Source of the DNA: Bacteroidales bacterium
GTDB taxonomy: Bacteria > Bacteroidota > Bacteroidia > Bacteroidales > UBA12077
DNA length: 36,002 bases
Direction: 5' to 3'
Assembly (NCBI GenBank): GCA_041686115.1
Contig: JAWLEM010000004.1
Coordinates: 1-36,002 of the forward strand
Shown here piece by piece: positions 27,098 through 36,002 of this stretch; positions within the stretch are counted from its first letter, which is position 1; every line of letters starts with the position of its first letter. Below the pieces are notes generated by a model, which was not told the DNA's origin, ran no database searches, and saw only the letters and a list, made by a program, of their open reading frames with translations. A program made the position numbers and the translations under genes.

Positions 27098-27805
27098 TTA
27101 AATTGAATTTTTAGTTTTATTATTTTCAAACTGCAAAAAAAGAAGCCTGCCTAAAAGTAATTTTTTGTGGTTATGAAAGTTCGTAGCATTTTTTATTTTA
27201 CTATTTAGCCACATAAAAGGAAAAAGTAAAAAGAAAAGCCAGGTTGAACTTTTTTGTTTTTTGTCTATTTCAAACTTTGCTTTTTTAAATCCATTTTTTA
27301 TTGCTACATAATTATATTGATCTAATGTTAATGATGAAACATGCTGTAAGCCATCATAATTGTGCATATCTAATGGGCCAAAGCTGTAATTAAACCCTCT
27401 GAATAAAAACCTTATACGCGATTTTAAAGATAAAATATTAGGTGTAGATAAATAAAGTTGGCCATTGGGCTTTAATATTCTGCTAAGTTCTTTGAAAAAA
27501 AGTTCGTGGCCAATTATATGTTCGCTAACCTCTATTGCAATGGCTATATCAAAAGAATTATCCGGATATGGAAATTTCTTTGTGACATCTGTTTTTTTAC
27601 ATTCAATTTTATCAAACATAAAAATTTCAGGAAATAAATCACAGGCAGATACATCATATCCCATGTCAAAAAGTCTTTTAGTGAAGGCTCCATGACCAGC
27701 TCCAACATCTAATATTTTATTACTTTTATCATATGAAAATTTTTTAAAATATTTGAAAAAATTCTGATGAGTTCCTGGCATTGTAATAGGTTTTATTTCA
27801 GTCAT
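27098..27805 (-). CDS. Class I SAM-dependent methyltransferase
   Basis: ILDVGAGHG, PYPDNSFD, EVSEHI, RILKPNGQLYLSTPN. Confidence 0.9.
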   Translation of the reverse strand: MTEIKPITMPGTHQNFFKYFKKFSYDKSNKILDVGAGHGAFTKRLFDMGYDVSACDLFPEIFMFDKIECKKTDVTKKFPYPDNSFDIAIAIEVSEHIIGHELFFKELSRILKPNGQLYLSTPNILSLKSRIRFLFRGFNYSFGPLDMHNYDGLQHVSSLTLDQYNYVAIKNGFKKAKFEIDKKQKSSTWLFFLLFPFMWLNSKIKNATNFHNHKKLLLGRLLFLQFENNKTKNSI

Positions 27806-27848
27806 TTGTTTGATTTTTTGTTGATTTTTTAAATTAAAGAATAATATC

Positions 27849-28529
27849 TTAAGATGTCGGATTTACTTTCCCATTTTTGTTTATATGTTTTTTTAATTTC
27901 GAAATTTCACTTTCTTTAATTAGATATTTTACTTTATGGTAATATAAAATCCTTGATATGATAAACGATATAGTAATAAAAAATAATATATAAAACAGAT
28001 CATGGAAGGCAGATTTGAATGTAATATTGAAAACCAAATGTATTAGCCATAATAACACATAACTATAAATAAATTGCAAAAAGCTAATCATGAATGGATA
28101 GTAGAATAGGATAGAAATGATCAAAATGGTTAACATATAAATATAATACTGATTTTCTTCCGATAATAGGGTTAATCCTGACTTAACAGCTCCCCACGAA
28201 ATGATAATAACCGAAATGGCTCCATGTATTAAGCGGTGATGTTTTTTTATCTCTTTCAACTCAACAACCTGATTAAAAAAAACATAGATTAAAAAAATAA
28301 ATGAAAAAACAAGCAGGATGATATCGGTTTTAAAATGAAGGATAAAAATATTATAATCAATGATCTTTTGATATATCAAAAAATCGTAAAGCGTAGAAAT
28401 TAAAGCTATAGTTAAGAACAGAATACTGGTAAACTTAGCCCTCAGGTTATTGATAAGACATATTTTTTTTGTGATTTTATCGGTTACATATTGATCGATA
28501 AAATATTTATGAATTAAAGTCGTAATCAT
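27849..28529 (-). CDS. Hypothetical integral membrane protein (~6 TM segments)
   Basis: 226-aa ORF with multiple hydrophobic stretches and a short basic tail. No recognisable catalytic motif. Confidence 0.7.
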   Translation of the reverse strand: MITTLIHKYFIDQYVTDKITKKICLINNLRAKFTSILFLTIALISTLYDFLIYQKIIDYNIFILHFKTDIILLVFSFIFLIYVFFNQVVELKEIKKHHRLIHGAISVIIISWGAVKSGLTLLSEENQYYIYMLTILIISILFYYPFMISFLQFIYSYVLLWLIHLVFNITFKSAFHDLFYILFFITISFIISRILYYHKVKYLIKESEISKLKKHINKNGKVNPTS

Positions 28530-28690
28530 TTTATACCATATTTAAAATCAATTGAAATATGAATTTACAATTTTTTAATATAGAAACCGAAATTTTTCTA
28601 ATAAAATTGGTGAGTGCAGCTTTTTTTGTGTTAAAGGTAATTTTGGATTCATCTTTTAAATAAAAAGAGCGAAATTCATCAAATTACGCT

Positions 28691-28776
28691 TTGCGAACCT
28701 GAAGGGATTATTCGTTTCGTTTACACGAGCCTCATGAAAAAGTTCGAACCCCCATTGGCGGTTCTCATCCCTCCAA
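28691..28776 (-). repeat. Degenerate duplicate of the tRNA-Arg 3' half
   Basis: TTGCGAACCTGAAGGGATT (28691-28709) versus TTGCGAACCTGGAGGGATT (28824-28842), 18/19 match. TTCGAACCCCCA recurs at 28743-28754. Confidence 0.75.
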
Positions 28777-28780
28777 CTAT

Positions 28781-28822
28781 AAAAAAAAATAAAACCTGCC
28801 ATATTATAATGACAGGTTTTTT
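28781..28822 (-). terminator. Intrinsic terminator downstream of tRNA-Arg
   Basis: AAAACCTGCCAT-ATTATA-ATGACAGGTTTT hairpin with an A run on its left (a U tail on the minus strand). Confidence 0.75.
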
Positions 28823-28826
28823 ATTG

Positions 28827-28899
28827 CGAACCTGGAGGGATTCGAACCCCCAACCTCCTGATCCGTAGTCAGGTGCACTATCCGTTATGCTACAGGTTC
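28827..28899 (-). tRNA. tRNA-Arg(ACG)
   Basis: Cloverleaf: acceptor GAACCTG/CAGGTTC, anticodon arm CCTGA-CTACGGA-TCAGG, T arm GGGGG-TTCGAAT-CCCTC. CCA is not encoded. Confidence 0.96.
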
Positions 28900-28951
28900 A
28901 ATATGTATTGCATATGTATTACAAAATTGTTATTCTGTGCTAAATGCGGTG

Positions 28952-28959
28952 CAAATATA
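28952..28959 (-). promoter_or_regulatory. Candidate -7 promoter box for tRNA-Arg
   Basis: TATATTTGC on the minus strand, ~52 nt upstream of the mature tRNA. Confidence 0.55.
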
Positions 28960-29106
28960 TAAAAAATATCTTCAAAAAATATAATTTTAATGATATTCAA
29001 ACTGTGAAAAGTTAGTATTATTGGATTGATAAAAATTTTGCAATTTTTTTTTTGAATAATTTTATGGATTGATGCTGAAATAATATTATTCAGTGCAATT
29101 ATTTAT

Positions 29107-29114
29107 TAAATTTG
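29107..29114 (+). promoter_or_regulatory. Candidate -7 promoter box for the AsmA-like gene
   Basis: TAAATTTG ~41 nt upstream of ATG 29156. Confidence 0.4.
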
Positions 29115-29155
29115 ATTATTCATAGCAATAAACTAATTCCTAAAAACACAAGGTC

Positions 29156-32032
29156 ATGAAAAAGTTTTTTAAATGGTTTTTCCGTATTTTTTTGTCGCTT
29201 ATTCTATTTATTATCATCTTATTAATTATTCTTCCATTGTTTTTTAAAGATGATATGCTGGCAAAAGTAAAAGAAGAGATTAATAAAAATGTAAATGCCA
29301 AGGTCGAGTTTATCGATTTTAAATTATCACTCTTTAAATCCTTTCCCGATTTTAACCTGGGGTTACATGAAATGTCGGTTATTGGTATCGATAAATTTGA
29401 AAATGATACATTGATATACTTTCAGTCTTTTAATATACAGGTTGATTTAATGAGCGCCCTTAAAAAAAATATTGTTGTTAAAGGTGTTGTTCTCGATAAA
29501 CCATTTATTAATGCTAATGTACTTGCCGATAGTACTGCAAGTTGGGATATTGCAAAACCAACAGAAGAAATTTCTGATAGTCTTTTGGTTGAAGAAGAAT
29601 TGGCAGAAGATATCGCTGCAGATACTCTATCGGAACCCATGGATTATCGAGTCGATCTTCAAAAGTTTCAGATTAAAGATGCCATAATAAAATATTCCGA
29701 TGAAACTGCTAATATGGTAGCATCTATCGAAAATTTAAATTTCCTTTTAAAAGGAGATTTGGGGATGGATTATTCCGATTTAACCATCGAAACTTCCATT
29801 GATGCAATAAATGTAAACATGGGAGGCATTCAATATTTAAAAAATGCAACTTTTGGTTTTGATGCCACCATAGGTGCTGATATGGAAAATATGATATTTA
29901 CTTTTAAGGAAAATTTATTGTCTCTCAATGCTATTGCTCTCGGATTCGAAGGTGTAATCGAAATGCCCGATGATGATATAAATATGGATGTTCAATTTAA
30001 TACCCAAAAAACAAGCTTTAAATCGCTGCTTTCGATGGTCCCTGCCATTTACATGGAAGGATTTGAAGAGTTAAATACAAGTGGTGATTTAGTGCTTTAC
30101 GGAGATGTTAAGGGAACTTACAACGATAAGCAGATGCCACAAGCTAACTTAAAGCTATTGGTCGAAAATGCCATGTTCCAATATCCTGACCTGCCAAAAT
30201 CTGTCGAAAATATTAATATCGACCTGGATGTATTTTACGATGGTGTAAATGATGATCAAACCAGAGTTGATTTAAACCGTTTTCATGTAGAAATGGCTGA
30301 TAATCCATTCGATATTAGTATGCATATCAGAACTCCTATTAGTGATCCATATATCGAAGGAAGCCTTGACGGGCATATTATTTTAAAATCTTTGGCAGAT
30401 GCACTACCGTTAGAAGATATGAATTTAGATGGAGAAATTATTGCCGATGTTGATTTAGCCGGGAATCTTTCTACGATCGAAAATGAAAAATATGAAGAAT
30501 TTACTGCTACCGGTAAGCTCCAGGTAAAAGATTTTATTTTTGAAAGTGCCGATTTACCTGCTGCTGTAAAAATCATTGAAACTACATTTTATTTTACACC
30601 ACAATATCTCGAATTGCAATCCTTTAATTCAGAAATAGGAGAGAGCGATTTTCAATTGCAGGGAAAAATCGAAAATTATATTGCCTATGCCCTAAGCGAT
30701 GGAACTTTAAGAGGCGATTTTAAATTTAATTCTTCTTTTATTAATGTAAATGAATTTATGCCTGCTGATACATCAGAAACAGATGAAACCTCAGGATCAA
30801 TTGAATCAGAAGCTGCACCGACCGATACGGTTGCTACAGGAACAGGAGTTGTTGAAATTCCAGGGAATATTGATTTTAAACTGGTGTCATCATTGGATCA
30901 TATTCTATACGATAATATGGACATAACCAATTTAACAGGAACATTCCTGATTAAAGATAAAAAGTTGTTAATGGATAACCTCAATATGGATTTACTGGAT
31001 GGTAAGTTTAGTGTTGACGGGGAATATAACACCCAAAATATGAAAAAACCATCTGCTACCCTGGGATTAAATATTCAGAATGTTGAAATTGAAAAGGTGG
31101 TCAATTCATTTAGTATGATCGAATCTCTTGCCCCAATCCTCAAAAATTGTAAAGGTAAAGTATCCATTAAGTTTGATTACAATAGCTTAATTGATTCAAC
31201 TATGAGTCCCGTTTTGAGTACAATTAATGGTTATGGCCGATTACAATCGAAAAGTTTACAGGTGGTTGATTCCAAAACCTTCGATAAATTAGCTGATTTG
31301 CTTAATTTAGGTGATCAGTTTAATAATGAATTTGAAGATGTAAATATAAGTTTTAGCATTGCCAACGGAAGAATTATCGTAGAACCATTCGAAACCAAGG
31401 TAGAGGATATTAAAATGGTTGTAGGTGGTTCGCATGGTATTGATCAAACCCTCGATTATGATCTGGCACTAACCGTTCCAAGAAAATATATGGGTTCTGC
31501 CGCCAATGATGTTATTGATGGCCTGTTATCACAGGCTTCTTCAAAAGGAGTTGATATTAAGGCTGGTGATAATATCAACATAAAAGCAAAAATTGTTGGT
31601 ACCACAACCGATCCCAAAATAACATTTGACCTTAAAGAAAGTAAAAACGATGTTAAAGAAGATTTAAAAGAAAGAGCCCGTGAAGAAATTGTTAAGCAGA
31701 AAGAAGAGTTGGAAGATAAGGCAAGGATAGAAGCTGAAGAGCGTGCTCAGAAAATTATTGCTGATGCAGAAAAAGAGGCCGCCAAAATAAAACGAGAAGC
31801 TCGCGAAACAGCTGATAGATTATTAGCTGAAGGTAAAAAAGAAGCAGACGCATTAGTTGAGAAGGCAGCAAAAGAAGGATACCTTGCTAAGATTGCCGCT
31901 CAAAAGGCAGCTGATGAGCTGGAGAAAAAAGCGGAACAAAAGGCAGATCAGGTTATTAAAGAAGCCGATAAAAAAGCGGATAGTATAGTTGCTGCTGCAA
32001 GGGTTAAGGCTGATAAAATCAGGAATGAATAA
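29156..32032 (+). CDS. AsmA-family (repeating beta-groove) envelope protein with a C-terminal helical repeat tail
   Basis: N-terminal TM anchor, LSLFKSFP and GVVLDKPFINA..LAD.TASWDI, long beta-rich body, I.NGRI.VEPF...GSHGIDQTLDY, and an A/E/K-rich ~11-aa repeat tail. Confidence 0.85.
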   Translation: MKKFFKWFFRIFLSLILFIIILLIILPLFFKDDMLAKVKEEINKNVNAKVEFIDFKLSLFKSFPDFNLGLHEMSVIGIDKFENDTLIYFQSFNIQVDLMSALKKNIVVKGVVLDKPFINANVLADSTASWDIAKPTEEISDSLLVEEELAEDIAADTLSEPMDYRVDLQKFQIKDAIIKYSDETANMVASIENLNFLLKGDLGMDYSDLTIETSIDAINVNMGGIQYLKNATFGFDATIGADMENMIFTFKENLLSLNAIALGFEGVIEMPDDDINMDVQFNTQKTSFKSLLSMVPAIYMEGFEELNTSGDLVLYGDVKGTYNDKQMPQANLKLLVENAMFQYPDLPKSVENINIDLDVFYDGVNDDQTRVDLNRFHVEMADNPFDISMHIRTPISDPYIEGSLDGHIILKSLADALPLEDMNLDGEIIADVDLAGNLSTIENEKYEEFTATGKLQVKDFIFESADLPAAVKIIETTFYFTPQYLELQSFNSEIGESDFQLQGKIENYIAYALSDGTLRGDFKFNSSFINVNEFMPADTSETDETSGSIESEAAPTDTVATGTGVVEIPGNIDFKLVSSLDHILYDNMDITNLTGTFLIKDKKLLMDNLNMDLLDGKFSVDGEYNTQNMKKPSATLGLNIQNVEIEKVVNSFSMIESLAPILKNCKGKVSIKFDYNSLIDSTMSPVLSTINGYGRLQSKSLQVVDSKTFDKLADLLNLGDQFNNEFEDVNISFSIANGRIIVEPFETKVEDIKMVVGGSHGIDQTLDYDLALTVPRKYMGSAANDVIDGLLSQASSKGVDIKAGDNINIKAKIVGTTTDPKITFDLKESKNDVKEDLKERAREEIVKQKEELEDKARIEAEERAQKIIADAEKEAAKIKREARETADRLLAEGKKEADALVEKAAKEGYLAKIAAQKAADELEKKAEQKADQVIKEADKKADSIVAAARVKADKIRNE

Positions 32033-32050
32033 TAAAAAAAGCTTATTGAT

Positions 32051-32088
32051 GAAAATCCCAAAAAGTATTTTGCTTTTTGGGATTTTTT
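32051..32088 (+). terminator. Intrinsic terminator after the AsmA-like gene
   Basis: AAAATCCCAAAAAGTA-TTT-TGCTTTTTGGGATTTTTT. Confidence 0.8.
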
Positions 32089-32094
32089 AGTAAT

Positions 32095-32124
32095 AAAAAA
32101 GCCCTCCGTAAATTGGAAGGCTTT
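32095..32124 (-). terminator. Intrinsic terminator after rplS
   Basis: AAAAAAGCCCTCC-GTAAATT-GGAAGGCTTT, just past the rplS stop. Confidence 0.65.
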
Positions 32125-32145
32125 AGAAATATGATAAAAGTACCT

Positions 32146-32493
32146 TTAAAATCTTTTTTCTTTAATCCTGGCTTTTTTACCGGTTAATTGACGCAGGTAA
32201 AAAATTCTTGCTCTTCGAACACGTCCTTTTTTATTAATATCAATAGCTTCTATAAAAGGTGTGTTTAATGGGAAAATTCTTTCTACACCTACACCACTAG
32301 ACATTTTTCGAACAGTAAAAGTTTCATTCTGTCCTGAACCTCTTCTTTGTAAAACTACACCTCTAAAGTTCTGTACTCTTTCTTTACTGCCTTCTTTAAT
32401 TTTATAATGTACGGTAATTGTATCGCCTGCTTTAAATTCAGGAAAATCCTTTTTTACAGCGAACTCGTTTTCAGCAACTTTTATTAAATCCAT
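32146..32493 (-). CDS. rplS: 50S ribosomal protein L19
   Basis: [31 protein letters not shown]...[18 protein letters not shown]...[12 protein letters not shown]. Confidence 0.98.
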   Translation of the reverse strand: MDLIKVAENEFAVKKDFPEFKAGDTITVHYKIKEGSKERVQNFRGVVLQRRGSGQNETFTVRKMSSGVGVERIFPLNTPFIEAIDINKKGRVRRARIFYLRQLTGKKARIKEKRF

Positions 32494-32791
32494 CCTGATA
32501 TACTATTTAAAATTTTTGTATTCGTTTTTAACAGAGCGCAATATTACAAATATTTTTTGATAACTAATAATTTTTTTACTAAAAAGTAGTTGATAAATGT
32601 TATTGCATTGCTTCTTTAGCGGTTGCAAATATCATAAAAAAAACGTTGATTACAAAAGATTGTTTAAAATGAAATCGATTTATCTGTCAACATCCTTTAT
32701 ATTATATAGTTATTCACGTAAAAATTAATAGCGAATAGGCAGTTTATGACTAAAAAACAGAATCATTCTTAATTAAGTAAAAGATGTAATA

Positions 32792-33799
32792 TTATTTTAC
32801 AGGAAAATAAACTTTTGTTTCCCATTTACTTTGATCGGGTTGTTTCATTGGGTCAGTAATATATATTTCCCAGGGAGTTCCTGTTGTTTCAAAATTATTT
32901 TCAATAATATAATTTTCAATTGCTTTGTAAGTACTATTTACCGTATGAAATGGCCCAAAATGCGAAGCTGTAATTGTTTTCCCTGCTGGTAATTTAATAA
33001 ACTTTATTCTTTCATTTCCCTTAATTTCTTTGTTTACAGGCAAACCACATTCTAATAGCGTATATCCTGGTTTCTCACTTGGGTGATAAATTGCAAAAGG
33101 AGTTTCCACCATTTCAATTTGATTGGTATTCATATATCTCATAATGGACGAATACATATTGATCATTTTGCTGCGGATATTATTCATTGCACATTCTTCT
33201 TTTATAGATAATGCCATCAATCCTTTAAATTTCGTTTCCCCGATTTCTCCTGTTCGCCCCAAATCTGATGGGAGATTTTCGACCAGGGTTTTAAAGTTTT
33301 GTAGCCCTTTTTCAAATTGGGGTCCCAATTGATTATCTATAAACAGGCCAAACCATCTTTCAACAGGGTAGGAGAGCTCTCCTTTAAAGCCCCAGGTTAT
33401 ATCGGTTCCTTCATTTGTTTCTGCAAAAGCCCAGGTTATATCCGAAGTCATACTCTGTGGAGCAATAAATTCTAATTTAGAATTGATTTTTTTGTTTGCC
33501 TCAAAATTAGTAATTGTTAATTTTCCCTTGCCAATTATTTCACTATCCCAAGTATACCAAGAACCAGTGCCTCCTGGAATTACTTCGGTAATAATTTTAG
33601 CATCCGGATCCATTTCAATCCACGGATCCCACTTTGGCCTCATATTCATGTCAATAGCCGTTTGAAAAACCTTATCAACAGGAGCTTCAACTGTAATAGA
33701 CCTTTCAACTCGCGCAGTTGATGGCAGAAATAAAGGTATAATTAAAAAAAGTGCTATTATAATAATAATAATAATACCCGTCCATTTTAGAAATTTCAT
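32792..33799 (-). CDS. Membrane-anchored SRPBCC/polyketide-cyclase-like plus GyrI-like small-molecule-binding protein
   Basis: N-terminal TM, VERSITVEAP...W.PW...DP, GPQFEKGLQNFK; C-terminal LPAGK...H.GP..TV..TY..I..Y...PWEIYITDP...WETKVYFPV. Confidence 0.88.
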   Translation of the reverse strand: MKFLKWTGIIIIIIIALFLIIPLFLPSTARVERSITVEAPVDKVFQTAIDMNMRPKWDPWIEMDPDAKIITEVIPGGTGSWYTWDSEIIGKGKLTITNFEANKKINSKLEFIAPQSMTSDITWAFAETNEGTDITWGFKGELSYPVERWFGLFIDNQLGPQFEKGLQNFKTLVENLPSDLGRTGEIGETKFKGLMALSIKEECAMNNIRSKMINMYSSIMRYMNTNQIEMVETPFAIYHPSEKPGYTLLECGLPVNKEIKGNERIKFIKLPAGKTITASHFGPFHTVNSTYKAIENYIIENNFETTGTPWEIYITDPMKQPDQSKWETKVYFPVK

Positions 33800-33868
33800 A
33801 ACATGTTGTTTTGGTTATCATCAAATTTACAAATTTTATAACCAAAAATCCAGTAGTAAAAAGCCTGG

Positions 33869-33900
33869 CAAAAAAAAGGCCGCCAAAAATGGCAGCCTCC
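33869..33900 (-). terminator. Terminator after the dipeptidase gene
   Basis: AAAAAAAAAGGCCGCCA-AAAA-TGGCAGCCT hairpin with a U tail on the minus strand. Confidence 0.65.
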
Positions 33901-33955
33901 TATTATATTTTATCATTTCGATTGATTATAGTAAAAAAGAATTCCGAAAACCGGA

Positions 33956-35629
33956 TTAATGCCCGTCTTCACCTTTTACTTTAAACTTATCACCTGTTTT
34001 TTCAATAATTAATTTATACCATTCTTCGGTATAACCCGGATATTCTATTTCTGGAGTAATGTATTTATATCCTTCTGGCACAGGACGATCTACTTTTTTA
34101 TTTCCGTCCATAAATTTAGTGAACAGGTGCTTATATAATTCTTTCCAGGTATCAACGGTATGATCACCCTTGTCTTTAGAATAGTTTGTAATGAAATTTA
34201 TGGCTTGCTCAGGGTTGTTTTTATAAATTTCAGCAGCAGCTTTATCAATTCCTTTTACTTCTTCGATATATCCTAATTCCAGTTCTCTCTGAACTTCTTG
34301 TATTTCTGGAATCATATGCGAATAACGAGTATATGCAAAGTTGGAAACCTGGTTAAATACCCAAAATGCTGCATCATCGCTGAACTCCATTAATGAACCA
34401 TTACCAACGGCAAAGGGTTCAGGCGCTTCAGTAATTCCGCAATACATTGGGGTATAAACGGTTGAGTAAGTATCATCAACACCAAACCATAAAACTCCAC
34501 CTACAGGATCAGGTAACCAGTTTCTGCTCTGCGTTACAAAAGAAAATCCGGTTTGTTGAGTAGAAATAGCTCTTTCGTTAAAATAGGTTTCTCCATCAAC
34601 TTCCCAGTATAATGGCCTCCAGCGTACAATATTTCCATATGGGCCGGCACCAACATCTTTAGTCATATCCATGGGTGTTCCCTGATAATAATCGCGCATT
34701 AATTCCATAACATCATGTACAGATAATTTTTTATCTGGTTTAATCCATAATGGCATCCTGTTTTCAAGATTTTCACCTAGTGCATAATCTTCATATTTTT
34801 CCATTCCGCTAGCTACTCTGTTAAAGCCTGCATAAACTCGTGCTTCGCAAAATCTAGCGCCACCAAAGTCTAGGGGAGCATAGGTGTCAGAAAAACTAAA
34901 ATCTTTATCTTTTCCATCAAAATACCCCATTTCACGTGCAAATGAAATTACATCGGGAGAATGATATGTAGTTTGATTAGGATCGTTAAAGTTATTTTCT
35001 TTTTGAATTGGGAAAGTAGTAATTCTTGCATGATTAGCGTGACCTGAAATATATCCATCGGGAATTTGGCGTGCTACCCAAACTGCTCCTGTTATTCCGG
35101 GACCTTTTCCTATCAATTCCATAATCCACACTTCGTTTGGGTCGGCTATTGAAAATGACTCGCCAGAACTATAATATCCATATTTTTTTACCAAATTGGA
35201 CATGATTTGGATGGCTTCACGGGCTGTCCTTGCGCGTTGTAGGGTAACATAAATAAGGCTTCCATAGTCCATAATACCTGTAGTGTCGCGTAATTCCGAA
35301 CGGCCACCATAAGTAGTTTCACCAATGGCTACCTGATTCTCATTAATATTGCCAACTACATTAAAGGTGTGCGCTACCTGGTCGATTTTACCTAAATATT
35401 TACCGGTATCCCATTCGTAAATCTTTAATTTTGATCCCTCGGGATAATCAGCTGCTGGCCAGTGATATAATTCACCATAAAGAACATGTGAATCGGCAGC
35501 ATAAGTAATCATGGTTGATCCATCAGTGCTGGCACCTTTTGTTACCAGAAAATTTGTACATGCAAAAGTTGTATGCACAAAAAAAACTGTTAAGAGTGTT
35601 AGTGTTAATGTTAAAAGAGACTTTTTCAT
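33956..35629 (-). CDS. Peptidase family C69 dipeptidase (Ntn-hydrolase), secreted
   Basis: Signal peptide ending TFA followed by the catalytic N-terminal Cys (CTNFLVTKGASTDGS). INENQVAIGETTYGGR, LQRARTAREAI, GESFSIADPNEVW, NERAIST. Confidence 0.92.
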   Translation of the reverse strand: MKKSLLTLTLTLLTVFFVHTTFACTNFLVTKGASTDGSTMITYAADSHVLYGELYHWPAADYPEGSKLKIYEWDTGKYLGKIDQVAHTFNVVGNINENQVAIGETTYGGRSELRDTTGIMDYGSLIYVTLQRARTAREAIQIMSNLVKKYGYYSSGESFSIADPNEVWIMELIGKGPGITGAVWVARQIPDGYISGHANHARITTFPIQKENNFNDPNQTTYHSPDVISFAREMGYFDGKDKDFSFSDTYAPLDFGGARFCEARVYAGFNRVASGMEKYEDYALGENLENRMPLWIKPDKKLSVHDVMELMRDYYQGTPMDMTKDVGAGPYGNIVRWRPLYWEVDGETYFNERAISTQQTGFSFVTQSRNWLPDPVGGVLWFGVDDTYSTVYTPMYCGITEAPEPFAVGNGSLMEFSDDAAFWVFNQVSNFAYTRYSHMIPEIQEVQRELELGYIEEVKGIDKAAAEIYKNNPEQAINFITNYSKDKGDHTVDTWKELYKHLFTKFMDGNKKVDRPVPEGYKYITPEIEYPGYTEEWYKLIIEKTGDKFKVKGEDGH

Positions 35630-35677
35630 AGTTAATTTATTTATTTATTGATTATTTAATTTTTAATACCAATTTGA

Positions 35678-35685
35678 CAAAAATA
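35678..35685 (-). promoter_or_regulatory. Candidate -7 promoter box for the dipeptidase gene
   Basis: TATTTTTG on the minus strand, ~48 nt upstream of the start codon. Confidence 0.45.
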
Positions 35686-35742
35686 GGAAAATAATTGAAA
35701 ATTTAAAGTTTTACGATCACTGTTCAACGTTTTTACTTAAAT

Positions 35743-35931
35743 AAACCTGAAACCATGCCTTCGGCCGGTAAACCTGAAATGCTGAAAATGATCAAAATTT
35801 TTAATTTTGTAATCATTTCAGCTTCCACAAAAAACAAGCAAATTAAAAATTTTTGTTTTTCGGGACTTGAAACTTGAAACTTGAAATCTGAAACCTGCTC
35901 GTCCGGCAGGCGAGTTTGAAACTTGAAATCT
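35743..35931. repeat. Dispersed intergenic repeat (right copy): heptamer arrays, palindromes and a long internal hairpin
   Basis: GAAACCATGCCTTCGGCCGGTAAACCTGAAA at 35749-35779; hairpin GCTGAAAATGATCAAAATT...AATTTTGTAATCATTTCAGC at 35781-35822; TGTTTTTCGGGACTTGAAAC at 35854-35873; CTGAAACCTGCTCGTCCGGCAGGCGAGTTTGAAA at 35888-35921. Confidence 0.9.
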
Positions 35932-35935
35932 TTCA

Positions 35936-36001
35936 TCACATCATTAATTCTACAATTTTTTTTCGATCTTCATCATCAAGCTTATGAACCATTCCGGTAG
36001 C
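35936..36001 (-). CDS. Probable 3' end of a gene entering from beyond the window (...ATGMVHKLDDEDRKKIVELMM*)
   Basis: Open frame from the window edge to TGA at 35938-35936, immediately before the repeat. This mirrors the nth/repeat arrangement. Too short to assign. Confidence 0.5.
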   Translation of the reverse strand, partial: ATGMVHKLDDEDRKKIVELMM

Positions 36002-36002
36002 T

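Noticed and set aside
32146-32493. rplS outside an rpsP-rimM-trmD operon
   Set aside because: A stand-alone rplS is not unusual in Bacteroidales to my knowledge.
184-33665. Short ORFs overlapping the long genes (e.g. 184-393, 846-1163, 10766-10966, 15414-15611, 30283-30576)
   Set aside because: These are antisense or alternate-frame shadows of well-supported genes. The similarity among some of them only mirrors the GGFAVSGRT repeat.
1-35931. 36-kb genomic island or composite transposon bounded by the terminal direct repeats
   Set aside because: The enclosed region holds core genes (rplS, aroC, nth, tRNA). No integrase or transposase is present, and the repeat modules are in different order in the two copies.
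35733-35939. 68-aa ORF on the minus strand
   Set aside because: It is a translation of the repeat element (FKFQ periodicity from the heptamers).

Overview
AT-rich chromosomal window from a Bacteroidota organism, probably Bacteroidales/Marinilabiliales-like (inferred from TAnnTTTG promoter boxes, a T9SS C-terminal domain, TPR-histidine kinases and a propeller/Y_Y_Y sensor). Housekeeping genes (nth, an ABC-F ATPase, aroC, tRNA-Arg(ACG), an AsmA-like gene, rplS, a C69 dipeptidase) flank a ~13.5 kb accessory locus at 10140-23632, which is the most striking feature. The locus holds four full-length, Sec-signal-bearing genes for phage-tail-fibre-like beta-helical proteins. They share a repeated KGKxGGFAVSGRTS(T/S)K motif (three also share a near-identical N-terminal module), carry swappable 14-aa-repeat passenger regions, and end in one of two kinds of chaperone-like coiled-coil C-terminus. 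An in-frame-deleted mini-paralogue and a gene relic sit in the same locus, which ends with a T9SS-sorted protein with 8 Ig domains. No phage structural genes, autotransporter barrel or T9SS CTD are visible on the fibre genes, so a domesticated, modular fibre/adhesin system is proposed (inference). Other non-trivial elements: a 321-bp MITE with a 9-bp target duplication containing nested REP-like palindromes, a dispersed heptamer/palindrome repeat at both ends of the window, a GAF-like/nucleotidyltransferase plus metallophosphoesterase gene pair, and a duplicated tRNA 3' end. All family assignments come from motif recognition by eye; no searches were run.
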